From a virus: a stretch of DNA of 64,000 nucleotides. The notes beneath the pieces are model-generated. The model did no database searches, was not told the DNA's origin, and saw only the letters and a program-made list of their open reading frames with translations. The DNA lies in the IMG/VR virus record IMGVR_UViG_3300024996_000004. The stretch is one strand, 5' to 3'. The position numbers and the translations under genes were made by a program. Of this stretch, positions 1 to 9,409 are shown piece by piece. Each line of letters begins with the position of its first letter. The first letter of the stretch is position 1.

Positions 1-196
1 CATAGGCTATTTTATCTGGTCTATAAGCATAAAACAAAGTTATTGTGAATTGTATATCTGTGGCCGAATTTTTTTCAAATGGTAATTTTTCCCACCATCC
101 TAGAAAATTTCCTAAATTGTCTGTAGTTCCACCCGCAACCATCCTGCAATATGGTTGTAATAGGGAACTTTTGTTTTCATATAATTTAAATGCCAT
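1..196 (-). CDS. Baseplate wedge protein (T4 gp53/LysM-like), truncated by the window edge
   Basis: Manual translation from the ATG at 196 gives MAFKLYENKSSLLQPYCRMVAGG...FTITLFYAYRPDKIAY, which runs off the window. The YRPDxIAY motif is typical of gp53-like wedge proteins. It lies directly downstream of the 203-1060 gene. Confidence 0.55.
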   Translation of the reverse strand, partial: MAFKLYENKSSLLQPYCRMVAGGTTDNLGNFLGWWEKLPFEKNSATDIQFTITLFYAYRPDKIAY

Positions 197-202
197 TTTA
201 TA

Positions 203-1060
203 TTACCATTCCCAAAGCGTACCAGCTTTATATTGTGTATAATCAAATGATCCTAAATCTTCTGCCGATCTTACTTCTTTTAATTGTAAAGAAACTGTTT
301 GGATAATGGGAACCCATGCTTTTTTATCGGAAGTTTGTATATAATCAACTTCTGATGAATATTCAATATTTAAACCTTGTAACATCACAGGAATACCACG
401 GATTGCAGCACTGTATCCATATAGTCGCAGAGTTTCAGGCTCTGCTCCATGCGATTCTCCAAGATTCAATACGGGCATTCTCCATGCTTTTAATAAACTT
501 ATATTTTTAAAATTTAAATCAGCTTCTTGCGGAGTTCTTGAAACTAGTTTTGCGTTTACACCAAAACTTCTTGAAGGACTGCCCATATAGATGCTTATAG
601 ATGCTGCAGCACGAGTATCACTAATTTCAGCTATGATCATTGAACCATTTTCAGTTAAATCTGGTGTAATTAAAAAAGTTACATGATCCATTGTATTATT
701 AACACCATTATTCCGAGTTCCTAATGCACCTTGGATAGCATTTAAAGATTCGCCTGATGTTATTCCTCTGCTACCTTCACCTGTTCTTCCTACTAATGAA
801 ACTTTCTGCTCATCGGCACCTAACAAATATTGTCTGTCAAAAAAATCGTTTGATGAACTATAGAATGTACTAGGCGGCAAATCTAAAGTTTTTTGAGCTT
901 GATATTTAGGTGTGTTATTGGCGATATCATACATAGTTATATCATGTGAACTGGTACTACCTGAAGATTGAACAGAATTTTTCCATCCTCCTGTAGGATC
1001 AGGAATAGAACCATCTTGAAATGCTGATGGTGGTAAATTGAATGAAACGGGACCGGCCAT
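203..1060 (-). CDS. Baseplate/tail-tube-like structural protein
   Basis: 285 aa. The VTF..TPDLTE...SRSFGVNAKLVSRTPQEA..N...LKAWRMP segment resembles tube-initiator/baseplate proteins of jumbo myophages. A late promoter motif lies upstream (1082-1089). Confidence 0.45.
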   Translation of the reverse strand: MAGPVSFNLPPSAFQDGSIPDPTGGWKNSVQSSGSTSSHDITMYDIANNTPKYQAQKTLDLPPSTFYSSSNDFFDRQYLLGADEQKVSLVGRTGEGSRGITSGESLNAIQGALGTRNNGVNNTMDHVTFLITPDLTENGSMIIAEISDTRAAASISIYMGSPSRSFGVNAKLVSRTPQEADLNFKNISLLKAWRMPVLNLGESHGAEPETLRLYGYSAAIRGIPVMLQGLNIEYSSEVDYIQTSDKKAWVPIIQTVSLQLKEVRSAEDLGSFDYTQYKAGTLWEW

Positions 1061-1081
1061 GTAATAATACTCTATTTCTGA

Positions 1082-1089
1082 TATTTATC
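1082..1089 (-). promoter_or_regulatory. gp55-type late promoter (GATAAATA)
   Basis: Reverse complement of tatttatc, 21 nt upstream of the start at 1060. Matches the T4 TATAAATA consensus at 7/8. Confidence 0.6.
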
Positions 1090-1125
1090 ATTGGAAAATG
1101 TTCAATTTTATTGGATTTTTTGGAA

Positions 1126-1133
1126 CATAAATA
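1126..1133 (+). promoter_or_regulatory. gp55-type late promoter (CATAAATA)
   Basis: Sits 24 nt upstream of the ATG at 1158 and diverges from the promoter at 1082. Confidence 0.6.
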
Positions 1134-1157
1134 ATCTTACTAATAAAGGTAATATCT

Positions 1158-1985
1158 ATGTTAACTAATGAGAATAATAATCCATTATTAAAAAAATTAA
1201 ATAAATCAAATACTTTGCCTCCTATGACATATCGACTTCCATCTAAAGGACTTCCATATGAGAATGGTGAATTATCTGATGAAGTAATTGATGGTGAATT
1301 TTTAATTTATCCCATGTCTATGTTGGATGAAATATATTTAAAGACTCCAGACATGTTATTTCAAGGCACTGCCATTGAAAAAACTATTAGTAGATGTTGT
1401 CCTCAATTATTGAAACCTCTCGATTTATTATCTAAAGACGTGGATTTCGTTCTTACTGCCATGAGACAAGTGTCTTATGGAAACATTCTTAGCGTAGACT
1501 TTAAATGTGAATGTGAGAAATCAAAACAAATAGAATTAGAAATTCCTATTTCTGGATTTATTAATACGGCTAAATCGATCACACCAGAAACTTTGAATAA
1601 TTTAACTTTCGAACTTGAAGGATTTTTAATAAAAGTCAAATATGTAACATTTTCACAAATGTTGGCTTTAAATGCAGTAAATTCTCTAGAAACTCCAGAT
1701 GAAATATTTGAAACTTTTGTAAAAAATCTTGCTGCAAACATAGAATCCATCGATGAAGTCGATAACGTCGATAACATTTTAGAATTCATTAGAATGCAAA
1801 CAAGGCATTTTCAACTTGAATTATTGAAAAAAATACAAACTGTTAATGAATGGGGAGTTGATTTTGATTATACGTTCACTTGTAAATGGTGTAATACTAA
1901 GCAAACTTATCCAATATCATTGAATCCTACCAGTTTTTTTACAGAACCCTCCGATCAGGAAGTGCTGAAGAAAAGAAGCGCTTAA
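1158..1985 (+). CDS. Baseplate hub assembly protein / tail assembly chaperone (T4 gp26/gp51-like)
   Basis: LPSKGLPY and PM(S)MLDEIYLKTPD..F.G.AI motifs, two CxC/CxxC pairs (CECE, CKWC), and a C-terminal LNPTSFF. Confidence 0.7.
   Translation: MLTNENNNPLLKKLNKSNTLPPMTYRLPSKGLPYENGELSDEVIDGEFLIYPMSMLDEIYLKTPDMLFQGTAIEKTISRCCPQLLKPLDLLSKDVDFVLTAMRQVSYGNILSVDFKCECEKSKQIELEIPISGFINTAKSITPETLNNLTFELEGFLIKVKYVTFSQMLALNAVNSLETPDEIFETFVKNLAANIESIDEVDNVDNILEFIRMQTRHFQLELLKKIQTVNEWGVDFDYTFTCKWCNTKQTYPISLNPTSFFTEPSDQEVLKKRSA
1934..1940 (+). promoter_or_regulatory. Putative -1 ribosomal frameshift heptamer T_TTT_TTT
   Basis: AGT TTT TTT ACA is in phase with the 1158 ORF (X_XXY_YYZ). The -1 frame is open from 1901 to 2176. 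Confidence 0.65.
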
Positions 1986-2176
1986 ACCTCGATTTGGAGG
2001 AACAAAGACGAACTATGTATAAAAATGGAATTGAGTTGATGTATTTCATGCGCGGTGGCTTGACTAAAGAAGAAATGTTAGACCTTACGCCTTATGAAAG
2101 AGAAATAATTTCAGAGTTTATTAAAGAACGTCTTGATATTGAACTTAGTAAAAAACATACTCAACCCATATATTAA
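1940..2176 (+). CDS. -1 frame extension of the chaperone (gpGT-like C-terminal domain); the ORF track calls it from TTG at 1994
   Basis: Reads YRTLRSGSAEEKKRLNLDLEEQRRTMYKNGIELMYFMRGGLTKEEMLDLTPYEREIISEFIKER, which resembles small tail-chaperone extension domains. Confidence 0.6.
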   Translation, partial: YRTLRSGSAEEKKRLNLDLEEQRRTMYKNGIELMYFMRGGLTKEEMLDLTPYEREIISEFIKERLDIELSKKHTQPIY

Positions 2177-2180
2177 TATC

Positions 2181-2876
2181 ATGAACATAATAGCAATCGA
2201 TCCTTCATTAATATGTACTGCTTTAGTGATTAATGATAAAAAATTCATTTACGTACAAGAAAGTAATGTGTTATCAGAAAAAACTGGAAAAATGAAAAAA
2301 TGGTTTGAATTGTGTTCACCGTTCATTACTTATCGTTACATAAATTATATAAAAGCTTTGATTCATTCTGATCAAGAGATTTATAAGCTTATTCAATATA
2401 ATGAAATAACTGATTTAATCATATCAGACATAATATCGAATATTAATCCATCTGAAGATACAAAAATAGGTATTGAAGGATATAGCTATTCATCATCTTC
2501 AGGACCATTGATTGATCTTGTTACTTTTAGCACTTTATTGAGGTCAAAGTTATATACTAAATTATCTAAAAATATATCAATACTTCCACCTTCAAGTCTT
2601 AAACTTGCGGCTGCAAAATTAACCTATCTGCCTATTGTTAAAGGTAAAAAAGTATTAAAGTATGAATATCGAAATGAACAAGGTATTTCAGGTGGAAAAT
2701 TTAGAAAACCTGAAATGTATAAAGCTTTGATAGACAATCAACAACTGAAAAGTTCATGGGTTGAATTCCTACGGTTACATCATTCGGATATATGTGGTTT
2801 GAATACAGTTCCTAAACCTATTGAAGATATGAACGATGCCGTTCTCTTATATGAAATACTAAAATGCAATAAATAG
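2181..2876 (+). CDS. RuvC-like (RNase H fold) Holliday junction resolvase
   Basis: MNIIAIDPS (catalytic Asp), IGIEGYSY (Glu), and a C-terminal DMNDA. The ATG at 2181 is preferred over the track start at 2133. Confidence 0.7.
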   Translation: MNIIAIDPSLICTALVINDKKFIYVQESNVLSEKTGKMKKWFELCSPFITYRYINYIKALIHSDQEIYKLIQYNEITDLIISDIISNINPSEDTKIGIEGYSYSSSSGPLIDLVTFSTLLRSKLYTKLSKNISILPPSSLKLAAAKLTYLPIVKGKKVLKYEYRNEQGISGGKFRKPEMYKALIDNQQLKSSWVEFLRLHHSDICGLNTVPKPIEDMNDAVLLYEILKCNK

Positions 2877-2899
2877 CTTGATAATCGGTATTTTTAAGT

Positions 2900-4078
2900 A
2901 TGGCATCAACAAAAGAAATATTTTCAGAAATAAATCAAGCTATAAATTCGGATAATTCATCAAAAAGACCTACAATGTCTTGGATTGCTGGTGTTTTTAA
3001 AAAAATACGTGAATTTAATAGAATGGAAAACGCTCTAGAACGTTCTGATGAATTGAATGATGATGTAAGAGAGAACTACATTAATTCTTTGAAACTTCGT
3101 GATATTGCTTTAGAAAATGGATTGATGACCCGAGAAATCAAAGACAATGGATTTCCAAAATATGAAGTTACGGATAAAGGTAGTAAATTTCTACAAAATC
3201 TGGCTAAACATATTCAATCTTGGAATTCTATTAACGATTTAACCTTTAAACAATTACGCAGTAAATATCAAGAAGGTAAATATTCTGTTGATCAAGAATG
3301 GGCTGCATCACTTCCAGAAAATGAACAGGAAGCCTTAAAAATTTATTCACAATTAACTAATAAAGAATTCAGATTTCTTATTGGGTTAAAAATGGATAAA
3401 GATCGTAAACAAAGCTATACAAGCCGTATTGAAACTTTAGAAGAAAAGGATTTCGAATCTTATAGTTTATTAAGAGATATTGGTATTATTACTAAAAATA
3501 ATACTATTAACAATAATGTTGTATCAAATTTATTTTCAACATTATCAAAGTATGACGAAGCTCATTTGCGCTCTTTTAACAAATCCGTAAGCAAAAGTGC
3601 CAATGACATATCAGCTAAGAAAGGATTAGCTAGAAACTATCTTAATAAAAGTTTAGATAATACTTCCTCTAGGAGTTCAGATATTGGTATTCGTGCTAGA
3701 GAGTTTATAGAAAATTCTAATGATTGTGTTAAATCATGGATCGTATCTTTATCTTCTGGCCGCAATGCTAAATGTGGTCAAGTAGATTTTGAAGAATTGA
3801 GATTACAAAATATTATTACATCTACACAATCTAAAGAACTAACCAATTTTGGTAACATTGTCGCCTCAATTATTAAAACTGATCGTGATATGAGTTCATT
3901 CAACGATCAAGATACAGTCAATTCTAGAATGCCTATGAATTCTGTACGTGCTAATGATAGACAACGACAACGTTCCAAAATTCAACAAGGACGAGCAACA
4001 GAGTTCAATAAACATTTACATAAAGTAAAAGAAAGCAAAAATCTATCCTTCAAAAAATATTTGATAGAATCGAATTAA
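2900..4078 (+). CDS. Hypothetical late (possibly virion-internal) protein
   Basis: 392 aa ORF after AATAAATA (2868-2875). It has winged-helix-like segments (GL...YEVTDKGSKFL). No family recognised. Confidence 0.6.
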   Translation: MASTKEIFSEINQAINSDNSSKRPTMSWIAGVFKKIREFNRMENALERSDELNDDVRENYINSLKLRDIALENGLMTREIKDNGFPKYEVTDKGSKFLQNLAKHIQSWNSINDLTFKQLRSKYQEGKYSVDQEWAASLPENEQEALKIYSQLTNKEFRFLIGLKMDKDRKQSYTSRIETLEEKDFESYSLLRDIGIITKNNTINNNVVSNLFSTLSKYDEAHLRSFNKSVSKSANDISAKKGLARNYLNKSLDNTSSRSSDIGIRAREFIENSNDCVKSWIVSLSSGRNAKCGQVDFEELRLQNIITSTQSKELTNFGNIVASIIKTDRDMSSFNDQDTVNSRMPMNSVRANDRQRQRSKIQQGRATEFNKHLHKVKESKNLSFKKYLIESN

Positions 4079-4083
4079 AACAC

Positions 4084-4113
4084 TTGACAAGGTTGCAGGA
4101 ACAAGGTTATAAT
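4084..4113 (+). promoter_or_regulatory. sigma70-type promoter TTGACA-18-TATAAT
   Basis: Perfect hexamers at 4084-4089 and 4108-4113. No ORF follows for about 400 nt. Confidence 0.7.
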
Positions 4114-4122
4114 ATCTTTAAC

Positions 4123-4429
4123 GCTTTTAATAAAAATCTTTTGCTCTTATTTAAAAAGCACTTATTTTTTCTTTTTCTAAGTACTTTATAGTGCTGGTTA
4201 AGTACTGAATTCAATTAACAACTAAAACAGATATTAATATGAACGTAGTGAATATTAATATCTTATTTGTTTTTATAATGAACGTAGTGAATTTAAAAAC
4301 AAATAATATTATTGCTTTTGCTTTTAATAAAAAGAGCTTTTGCTTTTGCTTTTGCTTTTTTTAAATATAATTACTGGTTTTATTATAAATCACATGATAG
4401 CATTTTATAGAATTTTTTCAAGCACTATA
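4123..4429. repeat. Repeat-rich non-coding region (candidate replication origin or ncRNA)
   Basis: ATGAACGTAGTGAAT twice (4239-4253, 4278-4292); GCTTTTAATAAAAA twice (4123-4136, 4320-4333); six GCTTTT units (4314-4359); inverted pair TATAGTGCT (4187-4195) / AGCACTATA (4421-4429). Confidence 0.6.
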
Positions 4430-4448
4430 ATATAAATGAAATTTTGAT

Positions 4449-4477
4449 TTGATAATCGGATGTAAACATGATATAGT
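4449..4477 (+). promoter_or_regulatory. sigma70-type promoter TTGATA-17-TATAGT with extended -10 TG
   Basis: Upstream of the helicase-gp47-gp46 operon. Confidence 0.6.
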
Positions 4478-4508
4478 TCCAAATCAAATACATTAAGAGC
4501 TATATAAC

Positions 4509-6113
4509 ATGTCATTAGATATTATACAATATTGGCCGATGGAAGGATATAAGCCAAGAAAATCACAATTGGAAGTTCTCAATTGGATTCAGAATTTGCC
4601 TTCGCACATCAAATACATTTTATGTGAAGTTCCTGTTGGTGGTGGTAAATCACCATTAGGAATCAATTACAGTGCATATCTAGCTAATTCATTAGGTAGT
4701 TCATTTATTTTAACACCACAAAAAATATTACAAAAGCAATATCAAGATTCATTTGATAGAAGTCGTCTATTTTCGCTTTATGGAAAAAGCAATTATACAT
4801 GTGTTCCGAAAGACACAAATTGCGATATCGGATCAGATATAAAACCTAAATGTGCTCAATGTCCACATAGAGATGCTATGGCTACAATGAAGCATTCACC
4901 TAATATAGTACTTAATTACACATTAGCATTACTTCTTTTTATGCTCAGCCCTGAACTTTCGCTTGGAAAACGGGAATTATTAGTATTTGATGAATGTCAT
5001 CAATTGGAAAATCATCTTACCGAATTTAAAGCACTTCAAATAGGTGATAAGAGATGTAGACAATTTAAAGTAAAATCTATTTCACCTAAGAATGAATATG
5101 AGGCAATGGATTGGATTGAAAACACCTATTTTCCAGCTGTCAAGCATGAATATAACATTCTAAAATCTGTTGTAGATGAAATCATGAATCGATATGAACG
5201 CAATGAAGCTATGGATAAAGCGGATGCAGATGTAATTGGTAAGCTTAAAGATATCGTAAAACATATGGACGTGATAAACCACTATATAAAATTAACCAGA
5301 GATGAGTTAATTGATAATTATGCATTAATTAGAGAGAAAACCTTTTTCAAGTTCAAACCTCTTTATGGAAAAGATATATTCCATGAATATTGCAAACCCA
5401 TGGCCAATAAGTTCTTGTTCATGTCATCTACTATATTGGATAAAGATGCTTATTGTCATGATTTAGGCATTCCACCTAATGAAGCTGCTTTCATTTCTAT
5501 CGATTCTGAATTTCCTATTGACAATAGACCAGTATTTTATTCTCCTGCCATGAAAATGACATACGGATGGGATAAGGATGATAAAAAACAATCACGTAAA
5601 AAGATGATCGAAAAAATAATCGAAATATGCAAAACACATGTTGATGATTGTGGTATTATTCACACTGGCAGTTTCAATGTTGCAAGTTGGTTATCTAAAG
5701 AATTAGAAGGAAAAATATCTCAACGCATAATGCATCATAATCCAGATTCTGATTATACTCGGGATCAAGTTATTGACGAATTTACAAATAATGAAAACAA
5801 TGAAAAATTATTACTCATTAGTCCAAGTATTACAGAAGGACTTGATCTTAAAGAGGACAAAGGTCGCTTTAACATTATTTCTAAAATACCTTTCCCGAAC
5901 TTATCCGATAATTGGATTAAACGAAGAATGGAATTATCAAAAGAGTGGTACACAAGACAAGCCATGTTGGGTGTAATACAGGCAACTGGCAGAACGACTA
6001 GAACGATAGAGGATTGGAGTTACACCTATATACTAGATCAATCATTTGATATGTTATTGAAAATGTACTATAAACATACTCCAAAATGGTTCAAGGATTC
6101 TATTATCAGATGA
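4509..6113 (+). CDS. DinG/YoaA-like SF2 DNA helicase
   Basis: VPVGGGKS (Walker A), VFDECH (DEAH-like), an Fe-S-type Cys cluster (C..DTNC..G...KPKC..CPH), SPSITEGLDL and QATGRTTR. Confidence 0.85.
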   Translation: MSLDIIQYWPMEGYKPRKSQLEVLNWIQNLPSHIKYILCEVPVGGGKSPLGINYSAYLANSLGSSFILTPQKILQKQYQDSFDRSRLFSLYGKSNYTCVPKDTNCDIGSDIKPKCAQCPHRDAMATMKHSPNIVLNYTLALLLFMLSPELSLGKRELLVFDECHQLENHLTEFKALQIGDKRCRQFKVKSISPKNEYEAMDWIENTYFPAVKHEYNILKSVVDEIMNRYERNEAMDKADADVIGKLKDIVKHMDVINHYIKLTRDELIDNYALIREKTFFKFKPLYGKDIFHEYCKPMANKFLFMSSTILDKDAYCHDLGIPPNEAAFISIDSEFPIDNRPVFYSPAMKMTYGWDKDDKKQSRKKMIEKIIEICKTHVDDCGIIHTGSFNVASWLSKELEGKISQRIMHHNPDSDYTRDQVIDEFTNNENNEKLLLISPSITEGLDLKEDKGRFNIISKIPFPNLSDNWIKRRMELSKEWYTRQAMLGVIQATGRTTRTIEDWSYTYILDQSFDMLLKMYYKHTPKWFKDSIIR

Positions 6114-7159
6114 AAACGTTAAACAAGGCTGCAATTTTCGGTGATTTACATGTAGGGGCCAAAAATGGTTCTATTCAATACAATGAAGATTGTTTAGAAT
6201 ATATTACATGGTTTTGCAACAATGTAAAAAATGATTCAACAATTGATCACATTGTTGATGTCGGAGATTTCTTCGATGATAGAGCAAAATTATCAACATT
6301 TACTTTGGATTATGGTTATCGAATATCAAAAATGATCGACGATTTAAATCTTCCATTTTATCGCTTGTTGGGAAACCATTCATTAGGACAGAGAAATAAT
6401 CGAGATGTTCATAACATGATTAGTTTTTCAACAATGAAAAACACGACTTTAATTGAAGAAATTACAATCATGAAACATTTTGGTAAAAAGGGAGCAGTTT
6501 TAGCCCCATATTTGTTTAAAGATGAGTATCCTGAAATGCTCAAGTATGTTGAATATCCATACGCTTACATGCATGCAGAATTCAATGGATTTGTTATAAC
6601 AGGTGATTCTATTCTGTGTGAAAATGGAGTAGATCATTCAACTTATAAACAATTCAAACGGATCATTACTGGACATTTTCATCGTCGTGATGAGAAAGAT
6701 AATGTTACTTACATTGGAAATACCTTTCCAACAAACTTTGCAGATGCTAATGATTCTAAGCGTGGTATGGCAACTCTTGAATATGACACAAATAAAATTA
6801 CATTTATTGATTGGTCTGAATGTCCTACTTATATTAGAACAAAACTATCTAAAATATTAGAATCACCTAAAGATATATTAAAATCGAAGGCTACGGTACA
6901 ATGTCTGGTGGATATCGATTTGACACATGAAGAGTCTATCGAATTGAAATCTAATTTAATAAAAAAGTATAATTTGCGTGAATTAACTTTAGATGAAGGG
7001 TTTAATATGAACAAAAATTTGGATGGAGATACAGAAGTTGATGATGAACTCGTCTTAGAATCTCTTGATACAATAATTAAAGAAAAATTAAAAACAGTAT
7101 CTGTTGAAAAAATCAAAACGGATACATTAATAAAACTATATGATGATTTGAAGTTATGA
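6110..7159 (+). CDS. gp47: Recombination endonuclease, Mre11/SbcD-like subunit (T4 gp47)
   Basis: GDLH, GDFFD, LGNH and TGHFH metallophosphoesterase motifs. The ATG at 6110 overlaps the helicase stop (ATGA). Confidence 0.9.
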   Translation: MKTLNKAAIFGDLHVGAKNGSIQYNEDCLEYITWFCNNVKNDSTIDHIVDVGDFFDDRAKLSTFTLDYGYRISKMIDDLNLPFYRLLGNHSLGQRNNRDVHNMISFSTMKNTTLIEEITIMKHFGKKGAVLAPYLFKDEYPEMLKYVEYPYAYMHAEFNGFVITGDSILCENGVDHSTYKQFKRIITGHFHRRDEKDNVTYIGNTFPTNFADANDSKRGMATLEYDTNKITFIDWSECPTYIRTKLSKILESPKDILKSKATVQCLVDIDLTHEESIELKSNLIKKYNLRELTLDEGFNMNKNLDGDTEVDDELVLESLDTIIKEKLKTVSVEKIKTDTLIKLYDDLKL

Positions 7160-9396
7160 AAACGCCTATTAAATTTATATCATTATCGTTAAGAAATTTT
7201 CAATCATATGGTAATAATAAAACTACAATATCTCTTGATTTTTCAGACCCTACTCTTATCATTGGTCGAAATCTTGATGCCATGGTTAATGGTCAAATAG
7301 ATTCAAATGGTTCAGGTAAAACCACACTCATTAATGCTTTGTCATGGGTATTATACGATAAACCCATATCGAAAATATCACAAGATCGGTTAATTAATAA
7401 TATTAATAAGAAAAATTTGGAAGTAACATTAATCTTCGAAAAAGATGAAAAATATTATAAAATAATTCGTTATAGAAAAAACAAAACACTTGGCGATAAT
7501 GGTGCAAAAGTATATCAATCTGATACATTAGATTTTTCTGATAATGATATTGCACGAGACAGCATTGCTAACATTAATACACAAATAGAAGAAATTGTTG
7601 GAATTCCTTATGATATATTCACCAGAATTGTCATTTATAGTGCACGTAACGAACCATTTTTTTCATTGCCAGTAACATCAACATCCGGCAAGTCAAATCA
7701 ATCTGACATTATGGAAGAACTTTGTGGTATTACAGAAATAAGTGCCAAGGGTGAATTATTAAATAAAACTCTGAAAGAAGATAAGAAAGAATTAGAATCG
7801 CTATTAAGAATTGAAGAACAAATTACACAACAAAAAGAACAATATAAAGACAAATTAAAGCTATTGGAATCTCGGGTAAAATCATGGGATGAAAATCAAT
7901 TAGAAAATATAAAAATTGCTTCCAATAAAATTGATGAATATAAAAATATTGATTTTGATTTTCAGAGAGAATGTATTAATCATTTTAATAAACTAAACAA
8001 ATCATTAGAAAAAATTCAAAACACCATTTCTATCAAAACACATGAAGCATCTACATTAAAATCAAAATTATCGTCTGCTCAAACGTGGCAAGAGAATCAT
8101 GATAAGGCTATTGAAAAACTTATAGAATCTATTACCACTTATGAAGGAATATCTTTCGACAAAGAGTTGGAATATCTAAATCAATATGATGTAATCAACG
8201 ATGATATAAAAACTTATCGCCAAAGTGTTGAAGAGAAAACCAAAAAAATAGCAGACAACAGTAAAAAGATGTCTAAGAATACAACAGAGATAGAACATTT
8301 GCAGGATAACAGATGCCCATACTGTTTACAGAAATTTGTTAATGTTCAAGAAAAATTGGATAGTCTTGAAAAAGAATCTGGTGATTTATACACACAAAAT
8401 GTAAATTTGGAAAAAGAAACAAATAAAATTATAAGATTAATTGAAGATTTAAAAGATGAGAAATCTAAATTGATAGATATGATGAAATATTCGTCTATTA
8501 CTGAACTCAAAAATGTCGAAAATCAATTTAATGCTTTAACCAAAGAATTAGAAGTTTATCAGAATCAATCAAATCCATATGAGGATGTTGACACAAATCA
8601 AATAATATCAGAAATAACAAAATATGATGATGAATTGAATAGACTACAAACATCTAAAACATCTACAATAGAAAAAATTAACATCGTTAAAGCTGAAATG
8701 AAATATACATCGGAAACTTCATTAGCAAACGATTATAATGCTATGTCTAATCTTTTTGAAAAAATAGAAAAGTTGAAAATAGAAGTAAATCCACATTTAG
8801 AAACATTAAATGACATCAATCAAATAAAATTTGATAGTGAAAACTCTAAGAAAATAGACAGCCTAGAAGATATTATCTTACATAAAACGTTTCTTTATAA
8901 GTTATTGACTAAGAAAGATTCATTCATCCGTAAATCATTATTAAATAGAAGTCTACCATATCTTAACAAACAACTTAAGAAATATTTGAGTGAATTAGGC
9001 ATGCCACATAAAGTAGAATTCACAGAAGATTTGACCGCTTCTATTAGTCAATTCGGTAATGTTTTGGATTTTGATAATTTATCTTCTGGTCAACAAGCCA
9101 GAGTTAATTTAGCATTATCGTTCTCTTTTAGAGATGTCTTACAATTACGATATGGAAAAATTGGTTTCTGTATTCTTGATGAATGTTTAGATGTCGGATT
9201 AGGTTCGGTCGGTGTGCAGATGGCAGCTAAAATGATAAAGAAGATAGCAACATCTGAAAAATTATCCATGTTCATTATTTCTCATAGAGACGAAATAACT
9301 AATCTATTTCCAAATATTATGGAAATAGAGTTAGATAAAGGGTTTTCAAGAATATTAGATTCTAAATTATCATCAAGCGCTGTAGAATTAATCTGA
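7156..9396 (+). CDS. gp46: Recombination endonuclease, Rad50/SbcC-like ATPase (T4 gp46)
   Basis: NGSGKTT Walker A, coiled coil with CPYC zinc hook, LSSGQ signature and ILDE Walker B. Confidence 0.92.
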   Translation: MKTPIKFISLSLRNFQSYGNNKTTISLDFSDPTLIIGRNLDAMVNGQIDSNGSGKTTLINALSWVLYDKPISKISQDRLINNINKKNLEVTLIFEKDEKYYKIIRYRKNKTLGDNGAKVYQSDTLDFSDNDIARDSIANINTQIEEIVGIPYDIFTRIVIYSARNEPFFSLPVTSTSGKSNQSDIMEELCGITEISAKGELLNKTLKEDKKELESLLRIEEQITQQKEQYKDKLKLLESRVKSWDENQLENIKIASNKIDEYKNIDFDFQRECINHFNKLNKSLEKIQNTISIKTHEASTLKSKLSSAQTWQENHDKAIEKLIESITTYEGISFDKELEYLNQYDVINDDIKTYRQSVEEKTKKIADNSKKMSKNTTEIEHLQDNRCPYCLQKFVNVQEKLDSLEKESGDLYTQNVNLEKETNKIIRLIEDLKDEKSKLIDMMKYSSITELKNVENQFNALTKELEVYQNQSNPYEDVDTNQIISEITKYDDELNRLQTSKTSTIEKINIVKAEMKYTSETSLANDYNAMSNLFEKIEKLKIEVNPHLETLNDINQIKFDSENSKKIDSLEDIILHKTFLYKLLTKKDSFIRKSLLNRSLPYLNKQLKKYLSELGMPHKVEFTEDLTASISQFGNVLDFDNLSSGQQARVNLALSFSFRDVLQLRYGKIGFCILDECLDVGLGSVGVQMAAKMIKKIATSEKLSMFIISHRDEITNLFPNIMEIELDKGFSRILDSKLSSSAVELI

Positions 9397-9409
9397 TTCT
9401 ACAGCGCTT
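9375..9409. terminator. 14-bp perfect hairpin spanning both stop codons of the convergent gp46 and gp55 genes
   Basis: AAGCGCTGTAGAAT (9375-9388) / ATTCTACAGCGCTT (9396-9409). U-tails are short, so terminator function is uncertain. Confidence 0.45.

Noticed and set aside
4123-4429. CRISPR array or mini-array in the repeat-rich gap
   Set aside because: Only two copies of a 15-bp repeat with a 24-nt spacer, no palindromic 25-40 bp repeats, and no cas genes.
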